Positions 27,764 to 40,919 of a stretch of DNA of 64,000 nucleotides are shown here, piece by piece (the first letter of the stretch is position 1; every line of letters starts with the position of its first letter). Made by a program: the position numbers and the translations under genes. The notes below the pieces were generated by a model that did no database searches, was not told the origin of the DNA, and saw nothing but the letters and a program-made list of their open reading frames with translations. This stretch comes from the human T2T-CHM13v2.0 reference genome, Homo sapiens, in NCBI RefSeq assembly GCF_009914755.1, contig NC_060935.1; one strand, written 5' to 3'.

Positions 27764-30185
27764 GTAGATATGGGGTATTTCTATGTTGCTCAGGTTGGTC
27801 TCAAACTCTTAGGCTCAAATGATTCACCTGCCTCAGTCTCCCAAACTATCTGTATCTTTTGATTGGAGAGTTTGATCGCTCTACATTTAAAATAATTACT
27901 AACAGAGAGAGACGTTTTTATTGCTATTTGTTTTCCATATGTATTTTACCCTTTCCTCCTTCATTTCCTGCATTACTGTCTTCTTTTTTGTTTCATTAAG
28001 CTTTTGTAGTGAAACATTTAAATTCCTTTTTCATTTCTTTTCTGTATATTTTAAAGATATTTTTGCTATGTTTACCATGGGCATTACATTTAACATCCTA
28101 AAGTTGTAACATTTAAATTTAGTTATATCAGCTTAACTTCAATAACATAAAAAACTGCTGCTTTAATAACTTTAATTTGTTGATGTCACAAAATTACCTC
28201 TTTAAGCATTGTGAATTCAAACCCACGAACTAAAAATTTTAATGTATTAGTCTCTTAAACTATGAAGAAAACAAAATGGGGAGTTACAATCCAATGTTAC
28301 AATGATATTAGCTTTAGGGATACTATAAAATGTGTTAGTCTCTTAAATCATGTAGAGAACAAGAAGTGGAATTATACACTATTATTACAGTAATAGTAGC
28401 TTTTATAGTGGCTCATATATTTTCTTCTACTAAGGTCTTTATTTTTTCATAAGTACGCTTTCATTTCAATGTACATGACTACCTTCAGCATTTCTTGCAA
28501 GGCAGATCTAGTGGTGTTAAACTACCTTAGCTTTTATGTATCTGGGAATGTCTTAATTTCTCCCTCACTTTTGCAGGAGAGTTTTGCCAAATATACAATT
28601 CTTGACTGACAGCATTTTTTCTTTCTTTTATTGCATAGAATATATCAGCTTACTTTCTTTCTTTTATTGCGTAGAATAGATCAGCTTACTGTCTGTGGCC
28701 TCCAAAGTTTTTAATGAGAAACCTGCTGATATTCTTATCAAGGATTATTTTTAATGTGATCCATTACTTCCCTTTCATTGCTTTGAAAATGCTCTTATTC
28801 TGTGCCATTGAACAGTTGATTATAATGTGTCTTGGTGTGCATCTCTTTGAATACATTCTATTAGGACATTATTGAGCTACTTGCATGTTTATACTTATGT
28901 CTTTCATCAAATTTGGGAAGTTTCAGACTTCATTTTTTCAAATATTCTCTCCACCCCGTTTTTTTCTTTTCTGTCTTCTCGAACTCATAGAATGCATATT
29001 TTGGCCCACTTGATGGTGTCCTTCAGGACCTTTAGGTTCTATTAACTTCTCTTCTATCTTTTTTGTTTTTCTCTCTTATACTCACTTATTCCCATTGCAT
29101 TATCTTCAATTTCTTTTATATTTTCTTCTGCCTGCTCAAATCTGCTTTTGAATCCCTCTAGTGATTTTTTCTTTATTATATTTTTAATCCCAAGAGTTTC
29201 TTTTTGCTTTATTTTTAGGTTTTCTGTATCTAAACATCTAAGAGAATGATGTTTCCAGTTTCTTCATACATTATTTCTTTTTTGATGTTCTTCACATTTT
29301 CTTTAGTTCTTTGTGCAAAACAGTTGCTTTAAAGTCTTTGTCTAGTACATCCACCATCTTCTTCAGCAACAGTCTCTGTTGGTACATATATATATATTTT
29401 TTTTCTTTGAATGGGCTATAAATTTCTATTTTTTTTGAATGCCTTGTGATTTTGTTGAAAACAGAACATTTGAATCTAATAACTTGTCAACTCTGAAAGT
29501 CAGATTTGTTTTCCCTTTTCCTAGGGCTTGCTGGGATTTTTGTTAGTTTGTTTCTGATTTTTAAAAAATCATTTTCTCCGTGCCAATGATCACCCTAGGA
29601 TGTAAACAGAAGCTTCTCTCAGATCTTTCCTGAGCCTGCACCTGGGCATTCACAGTGACTTTCTGATTTCCTCCATGCATGTGGTTTCTTCTGAATATAG
29701 TAGTCCTCATTGTTTTGTTTTAAAAGAGGAGAAAGAGAAATATGAAGGTGGAAAAGTAAAGGTGTCGATTTTTTAAATTTTCTAAAGGTCACTTTAGCTA
29801 AGAGAGAGACAATAACTGGGGGAGGTACAACAACAATGGTGCTCACTTTTTGTCTGTGCCTCTGTTGTCAGAAGCAGTAATCAGTGATCAGAGAACAGAT
29901 TTTCAATATTTGGAATCCTGGCTTTCTAAAACTATGTGCAAGTTGCTCCTGGAAAAGATGTGTAGGTGCCTGTCACAGGGCTAGTGTGTGAACATGGGTA
30001 GCTGCTGCAGTGCCCAGAGCCAAAATTGACCCTCCAAGCCTTCCCCTGGAAGTTGCAAGCTTTCAATAAACTTCGTAGTTCCAAAACAGTTGCATCAGAC
30101 AGATTCTGACAGTACAATTTTTGGCCAGATGGAAAGATATATTTCTAATACTTTCTATTCTTCCATCTTCCCAGAATCTCCACCT
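26580..30185 (-). mobile_element. L1MB/L1M: 3' end (26580-27250) abutting EN, ORF1 and 5' regions (27250-30185)
   Basis: L1MB-type 3' end 'aattgtggcaaaataaatataaaatttactatcgtaaccatttttaagtatacag'; EN antisense 'gctctgttattaggtac'; ORF1 antisense 'agcatttcttgcaaggcagatctagtggt'. Confidence 0.8.
27575..27846 (-). mobile_element. AluJ with (ATT)n-expanded linker, inside L1
   Basis: 'cctcctgggctcaagcagtcctcccacctcagcc'; about 10 ATT repeats at 27733-27763. Confidence 0.85.
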
Positions 30186-30560
30186 TAATTTATTTTTTTA
30201 GGATGAAGTCCTTCTTAACTAAATTATCAATCTGGAGCTTAAATCAATTTGTCATCAAAAATTCTTCTAGATTGCCTTTCTCAACTGTCAATGAGTTCTC
30301 TCTATCTCATTTGCATTTACTCTTAAAATAAGAAATTAATTCTAATTTTCTAGTCTCCAAATCAGTACAAAGCTCTGTCTTAGACATATATCGAATACAT
30401 ATATATATATAAATAATTAATATGTGTCATAAAATAACCTAACTCAGGTACACTCAGTGACAAACTAATTTATGCTACCTGAGTATGGAATGAAATGACC
30501 TGCTTAGTTGTCTATTCAAGCTAATCTATTAGTTCTGAATAAATAGTTTAAATTAACTTT

Positions 30561-30825
30561 AGGTCTTGCTCTGTCAACCAGGCTGGAATGCAGTGGCATG
30601 ATCATAGCTCACTGCAGCCTCATACCCCTGGGCTGAAGTGATCTTCTCACCTCAGCCTCTCTATTAGCTGGGACTACAAGTGCTTGCCAAGCATTTTTTC
30701 TTCAATTTTTGTAGAAATGGGGACTTGCTTTGTTGGCCAGAATAATCTCAAGCTCCTGGCCTTGAGAAATCCTCCCACGTCAGCCTCCTGAGTCATAAGG
30801 ATCACAGGTGTGAGCACTGCACCCA
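30561..30825 (-). mobile_element. AluJ
   Basis: 'ggtcttgctctgtcaaccaggctggaatgcagtggcatgatcatagctcactgcagcctc'. Confidence 0.88.
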
Positions 30826-31432
30826 TTTAAAAAATTTTCTTTTATAAAACAGTTAACTTCCTCAGGGTACAAGAAAATAAATTACTCTGAACATAATTTA
30901 TCTTCACACTTGAATTTTTTAAAACGTCTACAGTTATTCTCCTGAAAGTCTTATTAAGTAATTTATTTTTAAAAAGAAACCTTAACAAGGTTTATGAACA
31001 GATATTATGAAAGATTGTAGTACAGTGTCATAAAAGTCAACTTTTGATGTAATATTGCTGAACATTTAAAAAATATTTTGCCTCTGAAAGTCTTCCATGT
31101 AGAAAAGCATTTTATTCAATTTAAATTGTTTCCAAAATGCTTTTTTTCTCAAGTATTTTAGCCATTAAATGCAATAATGATTTGTCTATATTTTGCCACA
31201 GTGAACATTTTCATGTCTCAGAAGTCCAATTAGAATTATATTTCTTAGAAAAAACCCATCATATTAAATGGCTTAGAAACTAATTGGTTTACAGGTGAAT
31301 GATGGAGTTAAAGTACCCCTTTAAGAGAAATACAGAGATAAGCAAAAATTTAATTAACATTAGAACAGATTAATTACAAATTTGTAAATATATGAATGTG
31401 CACATATGCATATTTGTGTGTGTATGTGTATA

Positions 31433-31822
31433 CGTCTTAGTCCATTTTGTGCTGCTCTAATAGAATGTCTGAAACTGAGTAATTTATAAAGAAATGAAAT
31501 TTCTTTCCTTAGAATTCCGGACAGTAAGAAATCTAAGGTCAACACGCTGTCATCTGATGAGGGAATTCTTGTGTCATAATATCGTGGAAGGTATCACATG
31601 GTCAGAGGGAGAAGAAAAGGAGAGGGAGAAGGAGAGAGACAAAGGGTGCCAAACTCATCCTTTTCTAAAAAAAAAAAAATTCACTTGCACAATAATGATG
31701 ATAATGAGGGCAGAGTCCTCACAACCTAATCACCTCTCATTAGTCCCCGCTTCCCAACACCATTGCATTTATGATTAAATTTCCAACACATGTTTTTTTG
31801 GGGATACATTCAAACCACAGCA
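31433..31822 (-). mobile_element. MST-type (MSTC/D-like) MaLR solo LTR
   Basis: 'gtcttagtccattttgtgctgct...gtaatttataaagaaatgaaattt...acctaatcacctctc...acattcaaaccacagca'. Confidence 0.8.
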
Positions 31823-33234
31823 ATGTGTATAGGCATGTATACATATATATATATATAAAATATATATATAAATTATATATATATACACACACATACACAA
31901 ACACACATATATATTATGGCAATAAATAGATAACTGCACATTCATAAATGTTTACTATATCAATATTGTGTTATACTATGTTTATACATAAATAGCATGT
32001 ATAGCAATGTCCTATATATGTGTGTATATAACTATACCTATAATTATTTCTGTAAATGGATGTTATATATTTTTTCTAGATTCAGAAACATCTCACAATG
32101 TTGCTGAATCTAGAAAACCATCTTAAAAGTTTTCTATTTGGCTCATATCTGACAAGAACTGTAAGGGTGATTTACTGGATTATTCAAGTTCGAAAGAATA
32201 ATCACTATTTCTTAGGATGTACTTTTTCTGAAATAGTCTTTCCCAGTTTAGGAACCAGAAACCAACATTGGTAATAATGGAAGGTATGATTTTGTCATCT
32301 CAATAATGTGGAAATTTGAACAAAGATCAGCAGTTTCTTTGTAAAAGTTTTCTGAGATATCTATTTTAAGAAATAAAAACTATGGCAATGCCTTTTCACC
32401 CAAATATGGTAAATACTGCAATAAAATTAATGTTTATATTGCTTTCTGTCTCAAAGTAAGTGATTGATGAAAAATAAAAATTTGTTTTGAAAACACAGTT
32501 AAAGAGAAACATGCTGAAATGTATAATCCTCCTCTACTGTACTGCTCAGAGTAGAAATAGGCATCTCCTAGGATTGGTTCTACAAAAAAAGTTTGGGAAA
32601 TGCTGTAATAAATTCTTTTTAGTATTTATTTTGTCTCGGTTTAGTGTATTGTAAATTTCATACAGACAGATCAACTTTAACTAAACTCCTAAATGAACCA
32701 ATAATCAAAAGAAGAAAAAAGATGTTCTGTTTAGGTGTAAAATAATGGGCTATGTTACATCTACTTTAAGTGATTTTATTTACTACTCTAAAACAAATTT
32801 TGCCTTTGTATGCTCCTAATAAAAGTGCATAGTAAAGTCAGAAGGAGGATACTTAGTCTTTAGACAGAAGTCAAAGCGAAGTTAAAAATAAATACATAGC
32901 TTGTCAACTAAAATATCCAAAGGTATAGTTTGCACATTCACTCACAGAGATAAAATAATGTTTGAAGAATGTTAAATGCTGACTAAATACAGATGTGTGT
33001 CAGAAGACACTTGGCATAGGAACAGAACCAATCCCCATGACTAACATAGAAAAAGAAAGAAGATTGGCAACAAACTTGAGAACTCTAAATAGGAGAACAG
33101 CTGTTAAAAGACCAAATGATTTTTGTCATCTAAGTTGGTCTTTGAAAAGTTATTTGTTTTAATTAAGAGCAATATTATGTAATGACAATATTACTAGTTC
33201 TTCCATGAATAATGAAATCATATTTTTACTCATT

Positions 33235-33965
33235 TATTTGTTTGATTATTCACTCAATAAATTCTTACCGAGTACCAAAATATGCCAATCACTATGTTAA
33301 GTGCACCAGAAACAAAATTGAATAAAAACTAGTTTTTATTCATAAGGAGTAAAGGGCACTTAAGCAGAAAATTATGATGCTTTGTTAAAATACAGGGATA
33401 CAAAAATATGTGAGCAATTATGGAATTAGTCAATGTATGATGTGAGTGTGTATTTTTTTAAAATATACTGGAGGAAGTAAACTGAATTTCTCTAAGCCAA
33501 GGAAGAAGAGATGGGCACTTCATTACAACTGAGCCCTAATAACACACACACATAAGAGTAGGAATATAGATGATGAAGGACTTCAAAAAGTCTGTGGTTA
33601 TTGGAATATAGAAGGTAAACTAAAGCAGTAACTTAAAGAAAAACTAACAAAAAAAAGGACATTGTTCAGATGTAGAATTTCTTTTGCATGTGAGTTTATT
33701 ATAGAGATTTAAATAGCCTAACATTCATTTTAATTAGAACCATATACAAAGAATATATTTGAAGTGGACCAGATTGGAGGCAGGAGGCTTATCATAAAGC
33801 TTTTCTTTATTCCAGAAAGACATAACGAAGCCTGAAATAGGGCAGCAGCGCCAACATCAGCAGCAGCAGCAGTGGTAGTAGTAGCAGTAGTAGTGGTAGT
33901 GATGGTGGTAGTAGTAGGTATTGGCGGAAATCAGACTAGGAAATATTTGGGAGATAAAAAAGCTG
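33235..33965 (-). mobile_element. L2 fragment, containing a (CAG)/(GTA) triplet stretch at 33842-33918
   Basis: 'attcactcaataaattcttaccgagtaccaaaatatgccaatcactatgttaagtgc'. Confidence 0.55.
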
Positions 33966-33974
33966 TGCAATGAA

Positions 33975-34722
33975 ATAAATGCAATCCAAATCAAAATCCA
34001 AGTAAACTATTTTATCAATATTGACAAACTAATTCTAAAGTTTATATGGAAAGACAAGAAGCCCAGAATAATCAACACTTAAGAACAAAGTTGGGAGACT
34101 GACACTACTACCTGATTCAAGATTAACTATAAAGCTACAATCATCACAGCAGGGTGGCAGTGGTGAAAGAATATTCACATAGATCAATGAAACAGAACAG
34201 AGAACCCAGAAATAGACCCACATGAATATACTCAACTGATCTTTCACAAAGAAATGAACAAAGGTAATTCAATGGAGAATGAATAGTGTTTTCAACACAT
34301 GGTGCTTCAACAATCAGACTCTCTATATTAAAAAAAAAAGAATGTAGATATAGACTTTATACCTGTTACAAAAATTAACCCAAAATGTCTCACAAAGCTA
34401 AATATAAAAGTATTGGAAGGGCAAACATCAAAAACGTGGCAATTCTGAGTGCTGGTGAGGATGTAGTGTAACAGGAACTAGCCTTTATTGCTGGTGAAAA
34501 TGTAAAATTATGTAGACACTTTGGAAGACAATTTGGCATTTCTTACAAAGCTAAGCATAGCCTTGTCGTATAATCCAGCAACCACTTCCCTAGGTGTGTA
34601 TCCTATTTAGTTGAAAACATATGTTCACACAATAACTTGCGCACTGATGTTTATATCAGTTTATTTATGTTCTGCAAAAGCTGGGTAAACCCAGGTATCC
34701 TTCATAGGTGAATGGATGAGTA
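33975..34722 (+). mobile_element. L1MC-like ORF2 3' fragment
   Basis: 'ttgacaaactaattctaaagtttatatggaaag...agatcaatgaaacagaacagagaacccagaaatagacccaca...ccttcataggtgaatggat'. Confidence 0.8.
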
Positions 34723-34726
34723 GTGT

Positions 34727-35250
34727 GTAATGGTTAATTTTGTGTGCCAACTTGGCTAGGCCATAGTATACAGATATTTGATCAAACATTATTCTAGATA
34801 TTTCTGTGAAGATATTCTTAGATGATATTTATATTTAAATAATTAGATTTTGAGTGCAGAGATTATGTCTTATAATATAGATGAGCATTGTGTAATTATT
34901 TGAAGACCTTAATAAAAAAAGATTCACCTCCCTGGAGGAAGAGGAATTCTGCCAGCAGAAGGCCTTTGAATTCGAACTGCAATTCTCTCCTGGGTGTCCA
35001 TCCTGCCAACTCACTTGCAAATTTTGAACTTGTCAGTCTACACAACTGTATCAGCTAATCTTTACAAACTTGTCTCTCTGTCATATATATATATATTTTT
35101 TTATATAAGTTTTTATGTATGTTTTTATATAAGTTCTTATATAAGTTCTTATATATGTTTTTATATAAGTGTGTTGTATCTATATGTATCTCATACACAC
35201 ACAATCTCTCTCTTCAGAGTATATCTCTACACACAGACACACACATAGCT
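34727..35250 (+). mobile_element. MLT2 (MLT2D-like) ERVL LTR
   Basis: 'tgtaatggttaattttgtgtgccaacttggctaggcc...gaagaggaattctgccagcaga...ctctcctgggtgtcca', followed by the simple-repeat tract typical of MLT2. Confidence 0.8.
35099..35170. repeat. 12-bp minisatellite (T[T/C]TTATATAAGT) x6
   Basis: Six consecutive 12-mers with few substitutions. Confidence 0.85.
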
Positions 35251-35391
35251 GTCCTAAAAATACAATATATTAATTTAAAAAGAGTTATATGAAGAATTGA
35301 AGTGTTATGAAAAATGAAAGATGGAAGCAAAAACATAAATTTTCTAGCTACCACCTTTCAAGATGGAGAATCTAGGAATATAAGAATAATA

Positions 35392-35432
35392 TTAGGTTGA
35401 TGTAAAAGTAATTGCGGTTTTTGCCAACCTAA
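35392..35432. mobile_element. Internally deleted MADE1 (Hsmar1-derived MITE)
   Basis: 'ttaggttgatgtaaaagtaattgcggtttttgccaacctaa' with TA on both flanks. Confidence 0.85.
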
Positions 35433-35632
35433 TATTATGTTAGGGGCAAAGATAAGTGAGTGGATTTTCAGCATGTTAAACTTGAGTTGCCTGTTAGATA
35501 TAATAATAGAGACTCTAATAAACTATAAGATTAACCATGATTAAAAATCCAATGAATGATATAAAATAATAACTTAGACTTGAGAATTGTGAACATGTAA
35601 ATGCTATTTAAAACAAAAACCTTCTAATTAGC

Positions 35633-38324
35633 TGTATTAGTATCTTTTCATGCTGCTGATAAAAACATACCCGAAACTGGGATGAAAAGAAGTTTATTTG
35701 GACTGACAGTTCATATTGCTGGGGAGGCTTCAGAATCATGGAGAGAGGTGAAAGGCACTTCTTACATCATGGCGGCAAGAGAAAAGTGAGGAAGAAGCAA
35801 AGGCGGAAACTCCTGATAAGCCCATCAGATCTCATGAGACTTATTCACTATCATAATAACAGCATGGGAAAGACTGGCCCCCAAGATTTCATTACCTCCC
35901 ACTGGGTCACTACCACAACACATGGGAATTCTGGGAGATAAAATTGAGATTTGGGTGGGGACACAGCCAAACCATATCATTCTGCCCCTGGCCCCTCCTA
36001 AATCTCATGTCCTCACATTTCAAAACCAATCATGCCCTCCCAACAGTCTCCCAATGTCTTAACTCATTTCAGCATTAACCCAAAAGTCCACATTCCAACA
36101 TCTGATCTAAGACAAGACAACTCTCTTCCACCTATGAGCCTGTAAATTCAAAAGCAAGCTAGTTACTTCCTAGATACAATGAGGGTACAGCTATTGGGTA
36201 AATACAGCTGTTTCAAATGGGAGAAACTGGCCAAAACAAAGGGGTTACAGAGCCCATGAAGTTCAAACTCCAGTGGGGCAGTTAAATTTTAAAGCTCCCA
36301 CATGGTCTTCTTTGACTCCAGGTCTCACATCCAGGTCATGCTGATGCAAAAGGTGGGTTCACATGGTCTTGGGCAGCTCTACCCTTATGGCTTTGCAGGA
36401 TACAGCCTCCCTCCTGGCTGCTTTCACAGGCTGGCATTGAGGGTCTGCAGCTTTTCCAGGTGTACAGTGCAAGCTGCCAGTGGACCTACCATTCTGGGGT
36501 CTGGAGGATGGTGGCCCTCTTCTCACAGCTCCACTAGGCAGTGACCCAGCAGGGACTCTGTGTGGGAGCTCCGACCCCACATTTCTCTTCTGCACTGCCC
36601 TAGCAGAGGTTCTCCATGAGGGCCCTGCCCCTGCAGCAAACTTTTTCTGTGCATCCAGGCATTTCCATACATCTTCTGAACTCTAGACAGAAGTTACCAA
36701 ACCTCAATTCTTGACTTCTCTGCGCCTGCAGGCTCAACAGCACGTGGGAGCTGCCAAAGCTTGGGGTTTCCACCTCTGAAGCCACAGCCCAAGCTCTATG
36801 TTGGCCCCTTTCAGCCATGGCTGGAGCAGCTGGGACACAAGGCACCAAGTCCCTAAGCCACACACTGTCAGGCTTCTGAGCCCAAGCTAAGCCATCATAT
36901 CCCATGTGACCTGCACTTATATATCCAGATGGCCTGAAACAACTGAAGATCCACAAAAGAAGTGAAAATAGCCTTAACTGATGACATTCCACCATGATTA
37001 GTTCCTGCCCCACCCTAACTGATACGATATATTCTCCCCCTCGCCCTTAAGAAGGTACTTTGTAATATTCTCCCCACACTTAAGAAGGTACTTTGTAATA
37101 TTCTCCCCACACTTAAGAATGTACTTTGTACACCTATCCCAAACCTATGAGAACTAATGATAATCCCACCACCCTTTGCTGACTCCGTTTTTGGACTCAG
37201 CCCGCCTACACCCAGGTGAAATAAACAGCCTTGTTGCTTACACAAAGCCTGCTTCGTGGTCGCTTCACACAGATGCGCGTGACATACACAACACATGGAC
37301 TCTGAGCCCGGCCCACGAAACTACTTTTTCCTCCTGGGCCTCCTAGCCTATGATGGGAGGGGCTGCTGACAAGGTCTCTGATGGCCTGGAGACATTTCCC
37401 CCATGGTCTGGGGAATTAACATTAGGCTCCTTGCTACTTATGCAAATTTCTGCAGCAGGCTTGATTTCTCCTAAAAAAAAAATGGGTTTTGCTCTTCTAC
37501 TGCACCTTCACGCTGCAAATTTTCCAACCTTTTATGCTCTGCTTCCCTTATAAAACAGAATGTTTTTAACAGTACCCGAGTCACCTTTGAATGCTTTGCT
37601 GCTTAGAAATTTCTTTCACCAGATAACCTAAATCATCTCTTTCAAGTTCAAAGTTCCACAAAGCTCTTGGGAAGGGACAAAATGCTGCTAGTCTCTTTGC
37701 TAAAACATATCGAGAGTCACCTTTGCTCCAGTTCCCAACAAGTTCCTCATCTCCAACTAAGACCACCTCAGCCTAGACCTTATTGTTCATATCACTATCA
37801 GCATTTTTGTCAAAGCCATTCAGCAAGTGTCTAGGAGGTCCCAAACTTTCCCACATTTTCCTGTCTTCTTCTGAGCCCTCCAAACTGTTCCAACCTCTGC
37901 CTGTTACCCAGTTCCAAAGTCGCTTCCACATTTTCAGGTATCTTTTCAGCAATGCCCCATTCTATTGGAACCATTAGTCTGTTTTCATGCTGCTGATAAA
38001 GACATACCCGAGACTGGAAAGAAAAAGAGGTTTAATTGGACTTTCAGTTCCACATGGCTACAGAGGCCTCAGAATCATGATGAGAGGAGAAAGGCACTTC
38101 TTACATCATGGTGGCAAGAGAAAAATGAGGAAGAAGGAAAGGCAGAAACCCCTGATAAACCCATCAGATCTCATGAGACATATTCACTATCACAAGAATA
38201 GCATGGGAAAGAGCAGCCCCCATGATTCAATTACCGCCCACTGGGTTTCTTCTGCAACACGTGGGAATTCTGGGAAATACAATTCAAGTTGAGATTTGGA
38301 TGTGGGCACAGCTAAACCATATCT
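35633..38324 (-). mobile_element. Full THE1A MaLR element: LTR 35633-35979, internal region, LTR ~37973-38324
   Basis: Two cognate THE1A-type LTRs; THE1-int sequence between them; TSD ttagc (35628-35632) / ctagc (38325-38329). Confidence 0.93.
36866..37284 (+). mobile_element. Solo HERV-H LTR (LTR7, LTR7B-like) nested in THE1A-int
   Basis: 'tgtcaggcttctgagcccaagctaagccatc...aataaacagcc...gcgcgtgaca'; TSD cacac/tacac. Confidence 0.93.
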
Positions 38325-38469
38325 CTAGCCATTTTGTTTCCACTCTTCCCTTGCCACTATCCAACTATCAAATAGCTGATTTCTGATTACTAGACAGAAC
38401 ACATAAATATATCTATTTTAAAAATGTGAGTGGCATGAAAATGTAAGTCATTTTTCTACCCAGAATGTT

Positions 38470-39480
38470 TCTAGATTTTTTCATTATACTCAGAGTAACA
38501 TTCAAAATTATCCTTGCCTTTGTATTACAGGTTGCCATCTCTCTCCAATATTTCCCTACTTCTTTTTATATTAATAGAACTTTTAGCTTATGACATAGAC
38601 ATGCAGCTAAAAACTACATTTCTTAATTCTCTTGGACTTAATTTTGGTTATGTAATGGGGTTCTTACATAAAGAACACTAATATAAATGATGTGTTTAAC
38701 CTTTCAGTCATTCATTCCAAGTAAAAGACATTTGCTTTCACTTTCTTTTTTCTTTCTTATCACTAGATATATCACAGATGTGTGACCAATAACCACCTGG
38801 ATGCAGTTTTGGAAGCACTGAGTTTAGTACAAAACGAAAAGATGAAATGAGCTAGTAGGCTGCATCAGGACTAGCACATTGTTTCTGGAGAGCTTTAACT
38901 TAGACTGCCAAATGAGACACAAGTTACTTCTATTGTGTTCAAAGCTACTGTTAAAATTTGTTTTTTGTTACAGCAGCTGGAACATCCATTTTAACTTATG
39001 CAGCCTACAAAGCCTTCATGATCTTCATGTCTCCACCTCTCTGAACTCAACTCATGCCATTCTCCTTCTTGCTCACTCCACCTCAGCCATATTGGTATCC
39101 TTGATATTTCCAAGATACACCAAGCATACTTCAAACACAGAGGCTTTTCAAAGTGCTCTGACATTTTTTTTTCTGAAATGTTCTTCTCTTAGAAAATGTC
39201 TTCTTCATTTTACCCAGTTTATTGTTGAAGTGTATCTTAATACATGGCACTCTTTATCACTCTCGTTCCACCAATTTGCTTTATTCTTCTGTATTAGAAT
39301 TATCACCACTAAGAAACTATGTTGGACTATTTATTTGTGTATTGTCTATATATAATAACAAGAATCTTAGACCATGAGTTTAAATCTTCATTCTATAAGC
39401 AGTATCTGGAATATTCCCTGGGATAGTGAGAATGCCAGAGATTTGTTGAATGAAGGACTGAATGAATACATGAATAAAAT
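38470..39480 (+). mobile_element. L2 3' portion, interrupted by an MLT1-like LTR (~38521-39000)
   Basis: 'gcctacaaagccttcatgatct...gctcactccacctcagccatattgg...atttgttgaatgaaggactgaatgaa'. Confidence 0.65.
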
Positions 39481-40919
39481 TATGGAAGAATATGATGTCA
39501 CTGAGAGAGGTTGTGTAGAGTGAGAAGCGCCGAAAGCTGAAATCAGTTTGGTTACCTCTAAGGGAAAGAAAACTGAGAGGTCTCTCAAAGGGGACCTGAA
39601 GGGGAAGTCCAAGACAAAAAGTGGTAATCAAGAGAGGGTGGCGTCTTGAGAATCAAGGATATCAGAGCTCCTCGGAGAAACATCTGTGAAATGTAGCAGA
39701 GAGATTCAGAAAGATATCGGCTCCAAAATGGTCAATTGATTATGCAAACCAACAGGCCATTACTGAGTTTGAGGACAATAGTTACACTACAGCAGTAAAA
39801 GCAGAGGGCATTTTGCAATGGTTTGAGGACTCAGCAAAGCTGAATGTTTTCTCACAAATATAAGGTACTTCCTTGAGAAGTTAAAAAAAAGAAAGAGAAC
39901 AAGAAAAGCAAAGACTAATGAAACAATTACCTATAAGAAGGACAGAGGATAATGTCAAAGTAACATTTGTTAGTCCCATGTTGAAAGAAAGAGCAAGAAC
40001 TCTGCTGAGACTGACAGAAAATAAATGAAGGGATGAGGTAGTGTGAATGTATCTTGGCAAGCGGGGAAGTCAGGAGAGAAGTCAAGCTTGAAAAAGAGTA
40101 ATTATTAATAAGACATGGATTGGAGGAAAAGTTCAAAGGAATAAAAAAAAATTTCCAAGAGCTGTAGAGGAAAATGTGTGAAATATTTGGTGAGAATAAA
40201 TCAAGGTCTGTGGTCAGCACAGGGACTCACATGAAATTAGAATCACTACTTTTACTTGGTTTTCTAAAGGCAAGATGCTGGTGTTCCCAGATTAGGATCA
40301 GATATACTGAAATATAATAGCATTCTAGTAAGTGTTACCTTAAAACCTAAATTCCACTTCCCTGCTCTTCTCCTAGTTATATTCATTGGGAAAAATACTT
40401 AACTCTCTGATTTCTGGTGTGTTGTCCTCTAAAATAAATATATAAATACTTGTCCTGCCTAATTCAGAAGAATATTATATAATTTATTTTACATTTTTAA
40501 TATTTTTAGTTGTAAAATTGGATGCATTATTAAGAGGCTTGGCTCTCCCAATCTTAAGCCATCATTCTATATGTTCTATAGATGTTTTGAAATGCCCAGA
40601 AGCTCTGAATATTGATTAAGCTTACTCTCTTAAGAAAGCATAACATAGTGAAGAGTAACCATCATAAAACTGACCACTTTTATCTATACTACATCATAAT
40701 TTTTTTAAAAGACATTTGTGTTTTACACAGTTCTCTGGTATAAAAGCAATGATGTATCCTTTACATTCAACAAAACTGGGTTTAAATCTAACTGTGCCAA
40801 ATACAAATGGCATGATGTTGAGGCAATTTATTTAATCATACCGAGTTTCCTGCATGAAATATGTTATCTCAATCAGTGCTTTGCTCATAGACCATCTGAA
40901 TAAATGAAGGCAACATTAT

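Noticed and set aside
33842-33918. CAG run as a coding polyQ/polyS tract
   Set aside because: It is short and interrupted, lies inside an L2 remnant and has no surrounding ORF.
35738-38292. Two similar ORFs (MERGERHFLHHGGKRK...) suggesting a duplicated gene
   Set aside because: They are the same frame read from the two THE1A LTRs.
38879-39355. 158-aa hydrophobic ORF
   Set aside because: It spans MLT1-like and L2 remnants, starts at a non-ATG codon and has no recognisable domain.
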